Assembly (NCBI GenBank): GCA_964588985.1
Contig: CAZPQW010000003.1
Location: 64,001 to 128,000, forward strand
DNA from: an uncultured Solirubrobacteraceae bacterium
GTDB taxonomy: Bacteria; Actinomycetota; Thermoleophilia; Solirubrobacterales; Solirubrobacteraceae
Direction of reading: 5' to 3'
DNA: 64,000 nucleotides
Positions 7,711-17,464 of the stretch are shown here, in pieces (positions within the stretch are counted from its first letter, which is position 1; every line of letters begins with the position of its first letter). A model generated the notes under the pieces. It was not told where the DNA came from, searched no databases, and was given only the letters and a program-made list of their open reading frames with translations. The translations under genes and the position numbers were made by a program.

Positions 7711-10700
7711 TATGCAGCAACGCGTGAAGCGTCGCGGCTTGGGCTTTGGGGTGTTTGTGCTAGCGGGTTTTGCCCTTCTGGCCGTATCTCCGGTAAATTC
7801 GTGTGCATCGGGAGGGGTAGCGTGGGGGGTGCATGGTGTGGCGTTGCCATCTGAGTTTGTTGCGGGCCCAGGCGATAGATATGGGCTATTGGTAGCGAAC
7901 GTCGGTGACACGGGAGGGAGTGGTACGATAACTTTGCGAGATCATTTGCCTGAGGGGCTGGCCATGGTGAGTTTTGAATCGCGATCGGGGTTGGAAGGTG
8001 GGAGCTGGCTGTGCGGTGAAACCGAACCATCAGTCGTTACATGCACGTTTGAAGAACTGTTGCCGGCAGGTGTTTATGCGCCAGAGCTTGAGATAGAAGT
8101 ATCTGCGCCGAGTGAAGAAGGCGCTTCACTGGAAAACCAGGTCATCGTCAGTGGTGGAGGCGCAAGCATCCCGGTTTCGACGGTCGAGAGGACGCCGGTT
8201 GGCAACGCACAGCAGGCGTTTGGGATATTGGAGTTCAGCATGGAAGCCCGAAATGCAGACGGATCGGTAGCGGTGCAGGCTGGTGGGCATCCGTGGCAGG
8301 TAACGACGAGTATTGGGTTTCCGTGGACGGTCGCGACATCCACCGGGGAAGGCCTTCATTACTCGCAGGTGCAGAATATGAAGAAACTTGCAGTGGAACT
8401 ACCGGCGGGGATGGGGGGAAATCTGCTCGCGACACCGGAACGGTGTACTCAGGTTCAGCTGCATGGTGGCATATGTCCGGCATCGAGTCGTGTCGGCTCG
8501 ATCGCGTTGACCGCAGGGCAATATCCATACGCGGAATTTCGAGATTCTGGTGAAGGAGAACCGTCGCCTGTGTTCAATATGGTGCCCGAGCCGGGATATC
8601 CCGGGCAGCTTGGGTTTACCTATCTACAGCAGCCTGTCTATGTCGATGCGACGGTTGTGCACAGCAATGCCGGAGAGCGTGTTCGGCTAACGGTCGTCAG
8701 TGTGCCCGCCATCCTCGAAGCGGGGGATGTGGTACTCACCGTATGGGGTGAGCCTGGCATGCTGAACGGGAGTGATTCAGAGGAGGCTTTGATCACGAGC
8801 CCGACTACGTGTAGCGAAGGGACATTGACCGCACGCCTGGAAGCAGAATCTTGGGGTAGCCAAGGTCACCCAGCAGTGGCCGAAGCGCCCGTGTATAAGA
8901 AGATTACAGGGTGTGAATCGCTGTTGTCTCCGTTCACGCCACAGGTCGCGCTCTCTCCGCTAGCTAGCAGTGGGGAACCGTTGACGCAAATGGCTGCTGA
9001 CACTCCGTCAGGCGTCTTGGGCATAGCTAGTATTCCACAGACTACCGCGTTCGGCGAAAACGCCGTGGCGAACGTAAGAAATGTGAGCGTGACCCTACCC
9101 CAGGGCCTCTCGATATCGCCCGCGGTCGCACAGGGCCTCGTGGGCTGCCAGGAACGCGGCCCGCACGGCATCAACCTGGGCACCTCGCGCATAGGTCCCG
9201 GCGGAGTTGATGAAGGCAACTCGGAAGCAACGGAATTCGGTGCGGGCCACGTGGGCGGGAACGGCAGCCCCTACGACGACGGCCAGTACCACGCCGCGCC
9301 GGGGCACTGCCCGCAGGAATCGATCATCGGCACGGTCGAAGTGTTCACGCCGCTCCTGGAAAACCGCTGTGGCGGAGGAAGACGCGTGTGCGAACAAGGC
9401 GAATCGCCGGCGCCTCTTCAGGGTCGCGTGTTTGTTGCGCAGCCACAGTGTGGCGGAGCCGGACAAGCTGCGTGCACGGGCGCTGATGCCGAAGACGGCG
9501 TGCTGTTTTCCGGATACGTCGAACTGTCCGGCGACGGAGTGTTGATAAAGGAGCGTGCCACGATCTCAGTGAGTCAGGCTACCGGTCAGATGTCGCTGCA
9601 GTTGCGGGAACTCCCGCAGCTTCCATTCAGCGAAGTAAAGGTCAGTGTCGAAGGCGGCCCACGCGCTCCGCTCGCGACGCCACAGGCATGTGGGACGGCG
9701 ATGACGACCTCGGCGGTCACCTCGTGGAGCGCGAGCAGCGGCGAAGCGTTCGTCCCAGTGCCGAGCTTCTTTACCGTTGACGCTGACGGTGCAGGCCGTA
9801 GCTGTCCCGCTGTCTGGTCCTTCACGCCAGGGTTCACAGGCGGCAGCACCTCTAAGACGGCTGGCGGGTTCACACGCTTCATGACGACGTTCACGCGTCA
9901 GGACCGCGAACAGAACGTGACAGGCCTCTCGGCTAGCACGCCGCCCGGGCTCCTAGCGATGATCTCGAGCGTGACGCCATGCCAAGAACCACAGGCCTCC
10001 GCCGGGGAATGCCCCGAATCGAGTCTGATCGGGCACGACACCGTCGGCGCAGGCTCAGGCCCCGACCCGTACTACGTCGCCGGGAAGGTCTACCTGACAG
10101 GCTCCTACAAGGGCGCCCCGTTCGGGTTGGATGTCGTCACGCCTGCGGCCGCGGGACCATTCAATCTCGGGAACATCCTGGTCCGGGCGAAGATCGACGT
10201 GAACCCGAGCACCGCCCAGGTCACCATCACAGGAGATCCGATCCCGCAATCTCAACTGGGGGTTCCGCTGCGTCTGAAAGCGCTGAACGTAACGATCGAC
10301 AGAGAACACTTCGTGATCAACCCTACGAACTGCGCCCAGCAGCACGTGACCGCTGTCGCGACGGGCAATCAGGGCGCCACGGCCAGTCTGTCATCGCCCT
10401 TCGCGGTAACGGGCTGCCCAGCTCTGCCATCAAGCCCCGTCGTGAAGGTCTCCACTGTGGGGAAGGCAAGCAAACGCAGCGGCGCTCAGCTCACCTTCAC
10501 GCTGACCCACGCCGCGGGACAGGCGAACATAAAGTCGATCAAGACGGATCTGCCCAGGCAGTTGCCGTCGCGATTCTCGACGCTGCAGAAAGCGTGTCCG
10601 GACACCGTGTTCAACGCGAATCCCGCCAGCTGCCCGGCGGGATCGCTAGTCGGCACCTCGGTTGCCCACACGCCGATCCTCAAATCGCCGCTTACCGGCC

Positions 10701-11062
10701 CCGCCTACCTCGTGAGTCACGGGGGGGCGGCATTCCCGGACCTCGTCCTCGTGCTCCAGGGCGAAGGCGTCACCATCGAGGTGGTCGGCAACACCGCTGT
10801 CAAGCACGGCATCACGAGCGAGACCTTCAAAACGATCCCGGACGCTCCATTCACGAGCTTCACCGCGACGTTCCCGCAAGGGCCGCACTCGATCCTCGCG
10901 ACCTACCTTCCCGCCAAGGCCAAATACAACCTCTGTGGGCAGAACCTGAAGATGCCCATCCGCATAACTGCGCAGAACAACAAGCTCACCGCTGAGACCG
11001 TCAAGATCGGTATCGCGGGCTGCAAGCACAAAACGAAAGCCAAGAAGGCCAAGAAACACTGA
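7703..11062 (+). CDS. large secreted Cys-repeat protein with N-terminal DUF11-like Ig domain
   Basis: Signal peptide; ITLRDHLPEGL/N-x-V-x-VSGGG Ig motif; four LPxG...C...CPxxSxxG repeats; Lys-rich tail; paralogue of 43716-46961. Confidence 0.85.
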   Translation: MSDMQQRVKRRGLGFGVFVLAGFALLAVSPVNSCASGGVAWGVHGVALPSEFVAGPGDRYGLLVANVGDTGGSGTITLRDHLPEGLAMVSFESRSGLEGGSWLCGETEPSVVTCTFEELLPAGVYAPELEIEVSAPSEEGASLENQVIVSGGGASIPVSTVERTPVGNAQQAFGILEFSMEARNADGSVAVQAGGHPWQVTTSIGFPWTVATSTGEGLHYSQVQNMKKLAVELPAGMGGNLLATPERCTQVQLHGGICPASSRVGSIALTAGQYPYAEFRDSGEGEPSPVFNMVPEPGYPGQLGFTYLQQPVYVDATVVHSNAGERVRLTVVSVPAILEAGDVVLTVWGEPGMLNGSDSEEALITSPTTCSEGTLTARLEAESWGSQGHPAVAEAPVYKKITGCESLLSPFTPQVALSPLASSGEPLTQMAADTPSGVLGIASIPQTTAFGENAVANVRNVSVTLPQGLSISPAVAQGLVGCQERGPHGINLGTSRIGPGGVDEGNSEATEFGAGHVGGNGSPYDDGQYHAAPGHCPQESIIGTVEVFTPLLENRCGGGRRVCEQGESPAPLQGRVFVAQPQCGGAGQAACTGADAEDGVLFSGYVELSGDGVLIKERATISVSQATGQMSLQLRELPQLPFSEVKVSVEGGPRAPLATPQACGTAMTTSAVTSWSASSGEAFVPVPSFFTVDADGAGRSCPAVWSFTPGFTGGSTSKTAGGFTRFMTTFTRQDREQNVTGLSASTPPGLLAMISSVTPCQEPQASAGECPESSLIGHDTVGAGSGPDPYYVAGKVYLTGSYKGAPFGLDVVTPAAAGPFNLGNILVRAKIDVNPSTAQVTITGDPIPQSQLGVPLRLKALNVTIDREHFVINPTNCAQQHVTAVATGNQGATASLSSPFAVTGCPALPSSPVVKVSTVGKASKRSGAQLTFTLTHAAGQANIKSIKTDLPRQLPSRFSTLQKACPDTVFNANPASCPAGSLVGTSVAHTPILKSPLTGPAYLVSHGGAAFPDLVLVLQGEGVTIEVVGNTAVKHGITSETFKTIPDAPFTSFTATFPQGPHSILATYLPAKAKYNLCGQNLKMPIRITAQNNKLTAETVKIGIAGCKHKTKAKKAKKH

Positions 11063-11110
11063 GCCGCGCGACCGGGGAGCAACCTGGATCGACCAGCTAG
11101 CATCTCGCGC

Positions 11111-11914
11111 GTGACTCTCGTCCCGGTGGGCGACATCGAGCTGGACTACAAGCGCAGCGGCTCCGGGCCGCCGCTGCTCCTGATCATGGGCATGAGCGGC
11201 ACCCAGCTGCACTGGGGCGAGCCGTTCCTCGCACCGCTGCGCGAGCACTTCGAGACGATCGTCTACGACCACCGCGGAGTTGGAGCGAGCACACGGCTGG
11301 AGGGGCAGCTGTCGATCGCGCAGATGGCCGAGGACGCGGCCGGGCTGCTCGAGGCGCTCGAGATCGACTCGGCGCACGTGCTCGGTATCTCGATGGGCGG
11401 GATGATCGCCCAGGAGCTCGCGCTCGCGCATCCGGAGCGCATTCGCACGCTCACGCTTGGCTGCACCTACTGCGGCGGCGAGGGCAGCTCGCTGGCATCA
11501 GCCGAGGTCGGCCAGCGCCTGTTCGAAGCGATGAGCTCCGGCGACCGCAAGCTCGCTCTGCGCGTCGCGTGGGACATCAACGTGTCGTCCGCAATGGCCG
11601 AGGACGAGGCCGCGTTCGCGGAGTTCCTCGCAATCGCCGAGCGACGTGCGGTCGCGGTCCCTGTCGTGATGGCGCAGGCCCAGGCGATCGCCGCTCACAA
11701 CACCCAGGCGCGCCTGGCCGAGCTGAAGATGCCGACGCTCGTAGTCCACGGCACCGACGACCAGATGCTGCCGGTCTCAAACGGCCGCCTGATCGCCTCC
11801 GGGATACCGGACTCGCGCCTGGAGATCCTCGACGACGTGGGGCATCTGTTCTTCTGGGAGCGGCCCGATCTCTCCGCGGAGTTCCTCCGCGCGCACGCGG
11901 CAGTGCCCGCTTGA
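11111..11914 (+). CDS. alpha/beta hydrolase
   Basis: YDHRGVGAS, GISMGG nucleophile elbow, GH. Confidence 0.9.
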   Translation: MTLVPVGDIELDYKRSGSGPPLLLIMGMSGTQLHWGEPFLAPLREHFETIVYDHRGVGASTRLEGQLSIAQMAEDAAGLLEALEIDSAHVLGISMGGMIAQELALAHPERIRTLTLGCTYCGGEGSSLASAEVGQRLFEAMSSGDRKLALRVAWDINVSSAMAEDEAAFAEFLAIAERRAVAVPVVMAQAQAIAAHNTQARLAELKMPTLVVHGTDDQMLPVSNGRLIASGIPDSRLEILDDVGHLFFWERPDLSAEFLRAHAAVPA

Positions 11915-12759
11915 GCGAGATCGTCGTCCAGACGGACGGCGTCGCCCTGTCGGGCGACGACAGCGGTGAGGGCAGCGCCGTCGTCTTGCTGCATGGGCTG
12001 ACCGCCACGCGCCGCTACGTGACGATGGGCTCGCGCACCCTTGAGCGCGCCGGACACCGCGTGATCGCCTACGACGCCCGTGGACACGGGCGTTCCACTG
12101 CCGCGCCAGACCGCGCCTACGGCTACGAGCGCCTCTCGTGCGACCTCCGCGCGGTCCTCGACTCCACCGGCGTCGAGCGCGCGGTCCTCGCGGGCGTGTC
12201 GATGGGCGCACACACCGCCGTACGCTTCGCGCTCGAATCGCCGGAACGCGTGGCGGCGCTGGTGCTCATAACCCCCGCCTACGAACCGTCGTCATTGGGG
12301 GTCGAGTCGTATCTGGCCCGCTGGGACGAGCTCGCGCGAGGGTTGCGAGAGGAGGGGGTTGACGGGTTCGTGCGCGCCAACCACCTCGACACCCTGCCGG
12401 AGGCCTGGCGTGAGACGGTGGACGTGGCGCTGCGTCAGCGCATGTCCGGCCACGAGCACCTCGATGCGGTGGCAGATGCGCTGCAGGCGGTGCCGCGTTC
12501 GCGCCCATTCGAGGACATGGCGGAGCTCACGACCATCTCTGTGCCAACGGTGATCGTCGCAAGCCGCGACGAGGCGGATCCGCTGCACCCGCTCGCGGTC
12601 GGCGAACGCTACGCGCAGCTGATGCCCAATGCGGATCTCGTCGTCGAGGAGGCCGGCCCTCCGACGCACTCGCCGATCGCCTGGCAGGGCGGGCAGCTGT
12701 CGAGGCTGATCGCTGAGATCGCCTCGACAGCCGTAGGGAACCCCGACCAGCCGCTATGA
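11911..12759 (+). CDS. alpha/beta hydrolase
   Basis: LLHGL, YDARGHGRS, GVSMGA; TTG start overlapping upstream stop. Confidence 0.85.
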   Translation: MSEIVVQTDGVALSGDDSGEGSAVVLLHGLTATRRYVTMGSRTLERAGHRVIAYDARGHGRSTAAPDRAYGYERLSCDLRAVLDSTGVERAVLAGVSMGAHTAVRFALESPERVAALVLITPAYEPSSLGVESYLARWDELARGLREEGVDGFVRANHLDTLPEAWRETVDVALRQRMSGHEHLDAVADALQAVPRSRPFEDMAELTTISVPTVIVASRDEADPLHPLAVGERYAQLMPNADLVVEEAGPPTHSPIAWQGGQLSRLIAEIASTAVGNPDQPL

Positions 12760-14643
12760 GATGGCTTTGATCTCCAGGCTTTCCTGATTGGTGGCTTTGT
12801 CTGCCGCTTTGAGCCCCGTCCGTTCAGGCGCCGATGTCCCAATCGTCATACTGAGCAGCTCGGCTGTATCGCCTTCGAATGCTTCTGGTGTCTGTATGCC
12901 CGCTGTGGCTTTGAACGAGACAGTGAACGACGCCGCCATCTTGTTGAGCGTCGTGTAGGGGGCGATGACGCCGCCTGCGATGGATACCGGGACTTCGCCG
13001 CAGTGGAACCGGGCCATGTAGGGCTGCTCTAGCGGCGCGGGCGCAAGCGCCATGCCGACGGTCGGTTCGCTCCCTGCATTGATGAACCCGAGGCGCCCTT
13101 CGAGCGCGTTGAAGTTGACTTCACCGGCCTGCGCGCCTGCGCTCTGGCACTTGATGCCGAAGCGATTCACGGGTTCGCATCCAAGCAGTTTCAAATGCAC
13201 AGTTGCGGTTTTCGAGCCTGTGTATTTGCCGCTGTATGTGTTTTCGAGGCACTTGATCTTCACTTTGCCAACCGTTTCGAGCGTCGCCGCTCCGTTCTTG
13301 AACGTGAAGGAGCTCGCCGTGCCGGGTTCGAACCGCCATTCATAGGAGCCGGTGTCTTCTCCCGTGCTCTTGGTCGTGCAGTTGGCGCTCTGGTACTTGC
13401 CCGTCGGGCTTTTCAATTTGACGCATCTGCCGATTTCAGGCAGTTCTTCGACCGGCGGAGCGGTGGTGAAGCTCTGATCAAAGCCGGCGCTCACGCCCCC
13501 TTCGCTATCGGCCACGATGCGGAAGTGCTCTGTAGTGCCTGCTTTCAAGCCTGCTACCGCAGATGACACCATCACGGGGCTGGTGCCCGAGCCGGGTAGC
13601 GACGCGCACGGCGCGGTCGATCCGTAGGACGGTGACGTGCCGTATTCGAAGATGCACGAGGTCACGTTGCCACCTTCCGGGTTGACCGTCGCATTCAGGG
13701 TCGCGGACGATCGCGTCACGCCGCTCGCCGCTTCGGTCACAACGGCCGGAGGGTTGACCGACGGTTTGTAGGTGATCTGCACCTGTGGTTCGGTCGTCGG
13801 GGACGTAAGGGTCACGCTGCCGCCAGTCGGCACCAGCGACGAGCCGCCTCCACCTCCTCCACTGCTGGCGGCGGAGGCGCCGGAGCCGCCTCCGCCGCCA
13901 AAGTATCCTCCGCCTCCGCCTCCGCCGGTGTCGAGGTTGCAGGTTTCACCGTTGAAGCCGTTGCCGCCTCCGACGCCTCCCATTTCAAGCTGGCCAGCCT
14001 GACCAAAGCCGCATCCGATGGTACCGCCCGCGCCGCCGCTGCTCTGCGTGCCGGCACCGCCACCCTCGTTCTGACAGCTGCCCGCTTCGCCGGCTTGTTC
14101 CGCCGCTCCGCCGGCGCCCCCGACGCAGCCCCCGTTCTGTCCGCTGCCGCCGCCACCGCCCGCAACCAGCATCCTGTCGTCGGGCGAGAGGCCCTGCGCT
14201 CGCGGCGAGGTGCGTACGTCTGAGGCTCCTCCACCGCCGGCGCCGCCGGCGGCCCCGCCGTTGAAGCCGCCGCCACCGATGCCGCCACCGTCGGGGTTTC
14301 CGTTCTGCCCGTTACCACCGACCTCGACATAGAGTGTCTCGCCCGGGGTGACATGGATGGTGCCCGTCACCTGCGCCGCTGCGCCGCCGGCCCCTGCCGC
14401 ACTGCCTCCGTGGCCGCCGATCGCGGCGACTTCCAGGCTGGTAACGCCCGCCGGCACGGTGAACGTCTGCTCGGCGCCGGTATAGCTGAAGGCTTGGGTG
14501 GTCGCCTGCGCGCCAGAGGGCACGATCAGGAGACAGGCGAGCGCGCACAGTGCGCCCATGGCCGCGGTCGAGGGGTTGTGTGTCTTCCTGCGCTCTCTGG
14601 CCGCTACGGCCGAAGGACGTGCTGCAGTTCCCGAGACCTTCAT
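12754..14643 (-). CDS. secreted glycine-rich protein with Ig/FN3-like domain and C-terminal small-subunit-like domain
   Basis: GGAGG RBS; hydrophobic signal; TFTVPAGVT, GGGASDVR, GGGGGGGYFGGGGG; ATLNATVNP..FEYG domain. Confidence 0.8.
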   Translation of the reverse strand: MKVSGTAARPSAVAARERRKTHNPSTAAMGALCALACLLIVPSGAQATTQAFSYTGAEQTFTVPAGVTSLEVAAIGGHGGSAAGAGGAAAQVTGTIHVTPGETLYVEVGGNGQNGNPDGGGIGGGGFNGGAAGGAGGGGASDVRTSPRAQGLSPDDRMLVAGGGGGSGQNGGCVGGAGGAAEQAGEAGSCQNEGGGAGTQSSGGAGGTIGCGFGQAGQLEMGGVGGGNGFNGETCNLDTGGGGGGGYFGGGGGSGASAASSGGGGGGSSLVPTGGSVTLTSPTTEPQVQITYKPSVNPPAVVTEAASGVTRSSATLNATVNPEGGNVTSCIFEYGTSPSYGSTAPCASLPGSGTSPVMVSSAVAGLKAGTTEHFRIVADSEGGVSAGFDQSFTTAPPVEELPEIGRCVKLKSPTGKYQSANCTTKSTGEDTGSYEWRFEPGTASSFTFKNGAATLETVGKVKIKCLENTYSGKYTGSKTATVHLKLLGCEPVNRFGIKCQSAGAQAGEVNFNALEGRLGFINAGSEPTVGMALAPAPLEQPYMARFHCGEVPVSIAGGVIAPYTTLNKMAASFTVSFKATAGIQTPEAFEGDTAELLSMTIGTSAPERTGLKAADKATNQESLEIKAIS

Positions 14644-14824
14644 CTCCACCTCCGCTCTAGACAGACGATCCAGTGCCCGCGTCGTGCGGGTACGTAAAAT
14701 GATGCAGCAGGTTACAGGATCCATATACCAGTCTGATTTCAGCACGTGGATCTAACGGTTGTGGAGTCCTAACCCTTGAGCGGTGGGCGTGCGCGGGTCG
14801 TAATATGCGATAACATACGGTCGT

Positions 14825-15574
14825 ATGTCAATGCGCGAGTGGGACGGGAACAGCTACGACCGCATCTCCGGGACCATGGAGGCTCTCGGGCTGGCGGTGC
14901 TGGATCGGCTCGAGCTCGCGGGCGACGAGGTCGTTCTCGACGCCGGTTGCGGTTCCGGGCGGGTCACCGAGGTTCTCCTGCAACGGCTGCCGCGAGGACG
15001 CGTGATCGCGCTCGACGAGTCCGCGTCGATGGTCGACGTGGCCAGGCGGCGGCTCGGGCCCGATGTCGACGTACGAGTTATGGATCTGCTCGACCTGGAC
15101 CTGGAGGAGCCCGTCGACGCGATCCTCTCGACCGCCACGTTCCATTGGATCTCAGACCACGAGCGCCTGTTCGAGCGGCTGCGCCGCGCGCTGCGCCCCG
15201 GCGGGCGGCTGGTCGCGCAGTGCGGGGGAGAGGGCAACATCGACGTCCTGCGCGGCAAGGCGGGCGCGGTGCTCGCCCGCGACCCCTACGCCGAGCACTT
15301 CCGCGACTGGCACCCGCCGTGGAACTACGCCGGCGCGGAGCTCACCCGCGACCGCCTGCTCGCCGCCGGCTTCGCCACTGCCGAGTGCTGGCTCGAGCCG
15401 GCGCCGCGCGAGCCCGAGGAGCCGCGCGAGTTCCTCTCCACGATCGTCCTCGGCCCGCACTTCCAGCAGCTCCCGCCCGAGCTGCGCGAGCAGTTCATGG
15501 ACGACGTGCTGAGTGAGCTGGGGGAGCCGGTGATCGTCGACTACGTGCGTTTGAACATCGACGCGACCGCCTGA
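14825..15574 (+). CDS. class I SAM-dependent methyltransferase (Tam-like)
   Basis: VLDAGCGSG, STATFHWI, LRPGGRL. Confidence 0.9.
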   Translation: MSMREWDGNSYDRISGTMEALGLAVLDRLELAGDEVVLDAGCGSGRVTEVLLQRLPRGRVIALDESASMVDVARRRLGPDVDVRVMDLLDLDLEEPVDAILSTATFHWISDHERLFERLRRALRPGGRLVAQCGGEGNIDVLRGKAGAVLARDPYAEHFRDWHPPWNYAGAELTRDRLLAAGFATAECWLEPAPREPEEPREFLSTIVLGPHFQQLPPELREQFMDDVLSELGEPVIVDYVRLNIDATA

Positions 15575-15592
15575 GCGGGGTCGACGCCGAGC

Positions 15593-17437
15593 TCAGGCGA
15601 GCGCCGCGTCCGCAGCTGTTTCCGCGGCGGCCTGCGCGCCGCTCAGAAGCGCCGCATAGCGACCTCCCAGCGCCACCAGCTCGTCGTGCGTGCCGCGCTC
15701 CACGATCTGCCCCGCGTCGAGCACGAGGATCTGGTCCGCGTCGCGGATCGTCGACAGGCGGTGCGCGATCGCGATCGTCGTGCGCCCGCGCGCGAGATCG
15801 TCAAGCGCCTGCTGCACCGCCCGCTCGGTCTCGTTGTCGAGCGCCGAGGTCGCCTCGTCCAAGACGAGCACCGGAGGGTTGCGAAGCACCGTGCGCGCGA
15901 TCGCCATGCGCTGCTTCTCACCGCCCGAGAAGCGATACCCGCGCTCCCCGACCGGGGTGTCATAGCCCTCCGGCAGCGACGCGATCAACTCGTGGATCTG
16001 CGCCGCGCGAGCCGCATCTTCGATCTCCATATCTGTCGCCTCCGGGCACGCGAAGCGCAGGTTCTCGCGGATCGACGCGTGAAACAGGTAGGTCTCCTGG
16101 GACACCAGGCCGACTGTCGCCGCGAGCGACCCGAGCGTCACGTCGCGGATGTCCACGCCGTCGATGCTCACACAACCCTCCTGGGGCTCATACAGCCGCG
16201 CCACCAGGTACGCGAGCGTAGTCTTGCCCGAGCCCGTCTCGCCGACCAGCGCGGTCCGCGTCCCCGCGGGGATCTCCGCGCTGATGCCCTCCAGCGTCCA
16301 CGGCGCGTCCGGCGCGTAGCGGAAGTTCACGCTCTCCAGGCGCACGTCCCCGCGAACGTCCGCGAGCGTGCGCGCGTCGGGACGCTCGACGATGTCCACC
16401 GGCAGGTCGAGGTACTCGAAGATCCGTCCGAACAGCGCCAGCGACGTCTGCACTTCCAGGCCCACCGACAGCAGCGACTGGATCGGGAACAGCAGCCGCG
16501 TCTGCAGCGTCGTGAACGCGATCACAGTGCCGATCGAGATCACGTGCCGGGGGGAGACGCCCGCGAACAGGTACACCAGCGCGGGCATGATCGCGAAGCT
16601 CATCTGCACCGACGCCATCCGCCAGCGCCCCGCCATCCGCGCGCGCACCTCCAGGTCCGCCAGCTCCCCCGACTCCTCGCCGAAGCGCCGCACCAGCTCC
16701 GGCGAGCGCCCCATCGTCTTGCCCAGCAGAATCCCCGACACCGACAGCGACTCCTCCACCAGCGTCGACATGTCCGCCAGGCGGCTCTGGCGCACAGACT
16801 GGATCCGCCGGCGCTCCTCGCCCACGCGGCGCGTGAGCCACACGAAGAACGGCAGCAGCACCAGCGAGAACGCCGCCAGGCGCCAGTCGAGCAGCACCAT
16901 CGCCACCACCACCGCCACGACCGTCGTCACGTTCTGCACGATCGACGTGGCCGTCGAGGTCACCACGCTGTCCACGCCGCCGATGTCGTTCGCGATCCGC
17001 GACTGCACCTCGCCGGTGCGCGTGTGCGTGAAGAACGCCAGCGACATCCGCTGCAGGTGCGAGTACACGGCCGCGCGCAGGTCGTGCATCACCCGCTGGC
17101 CCACCTGGTTTGAGATCCACGTCTGCGCCACGCCGATCACGCTCGTGATCACCGACAGCGAGACCATCCCCGCGACCAGCTCGATCACCAGGGTCGTGTC
17201 GTGGCGCGGGTAGGCCTTGTTGATGAATTCCCGCAGCAGGAACGGGCTGATCACGCCGAGACCCGCCGACAGGAAGATCAGAGCCAGCAGCGAGCTGAGG
17301 CGCGCACGGTAGGGCGTGAACAGGCCGCGGATGCGCCGCAGCGAGACGGGCGTGGAGGGGATGTCCTCCGGGCGGAGATCCGGACGCTGGGACCGATGGC
17401 CCTCGCCGTGTCCCTGGGCGAATGGCTGGCTGCTCAC
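15593..17437 (-). CDS. ABC exporter, fused permease/ATPase
   Basis: TM domain; GETGSGKT Walker A; FSGGEKQR; LDEATSALD. Confidence 0.95.
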   Translation of the reverse strand: MSSQPFAQGHGEGHRSQRPDLRPEDIPSTPVSLRRIRGLFTPYRARLSSLLALIFLSAGLGVISPFLLREFINKAYPRHDTTLVIELVAGMVSLSVITSVIGVAQTWISNQVGQRVMHDLRAAVYSHLQRMSLAFFTHTRTGEVQSRIANDIGGVDSVVTSTATSIVQNVTTVVAVVVAMVLLDWRLAAFSLVLLPFFVWLTRRVGEERRRIQSVRQSRLADMSTLVEESLSVSGILLGKTMGRSPELVRRFGEESGELADLEVRARMAGRWRMASVQMSFAIMPALVYLFAGVSPRHVISIGTVIAFTTLQTRLLFPIQSLLSVGLEVQTSLALFGRIFEYLDLPVDIVERPDARTLADVRGDVRLESVNFRYAPDAPWTLEGISAEIPAGTRTALVGETGSGKTTLAYLVARLYEPQEGCVSIDGVDIRDVTLGSLAATVGLVSQETYLFHASIRENLRFACPEATDMEIEDAARAAQIHELIASLPEGYDTPVGERGYRFSGGEKQRMAIARTVLRNPPVLVLDEATSALDNETERAVQQALDDLARGRTTIAIAHRLSTIRDADQILVLDAGQIVERGTHDELVALGGRYAALLSGAQAAAETAADAALA

Positions 17438-17464
17438 GCCGTTGACTCTAATAGGCTGCGCGCA

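Noticed and set aside
13840-14420. GCC/CCG-rich repetitive DNA
   Set aside because: Simply encodes the glycine-rich domain on the minus strand.
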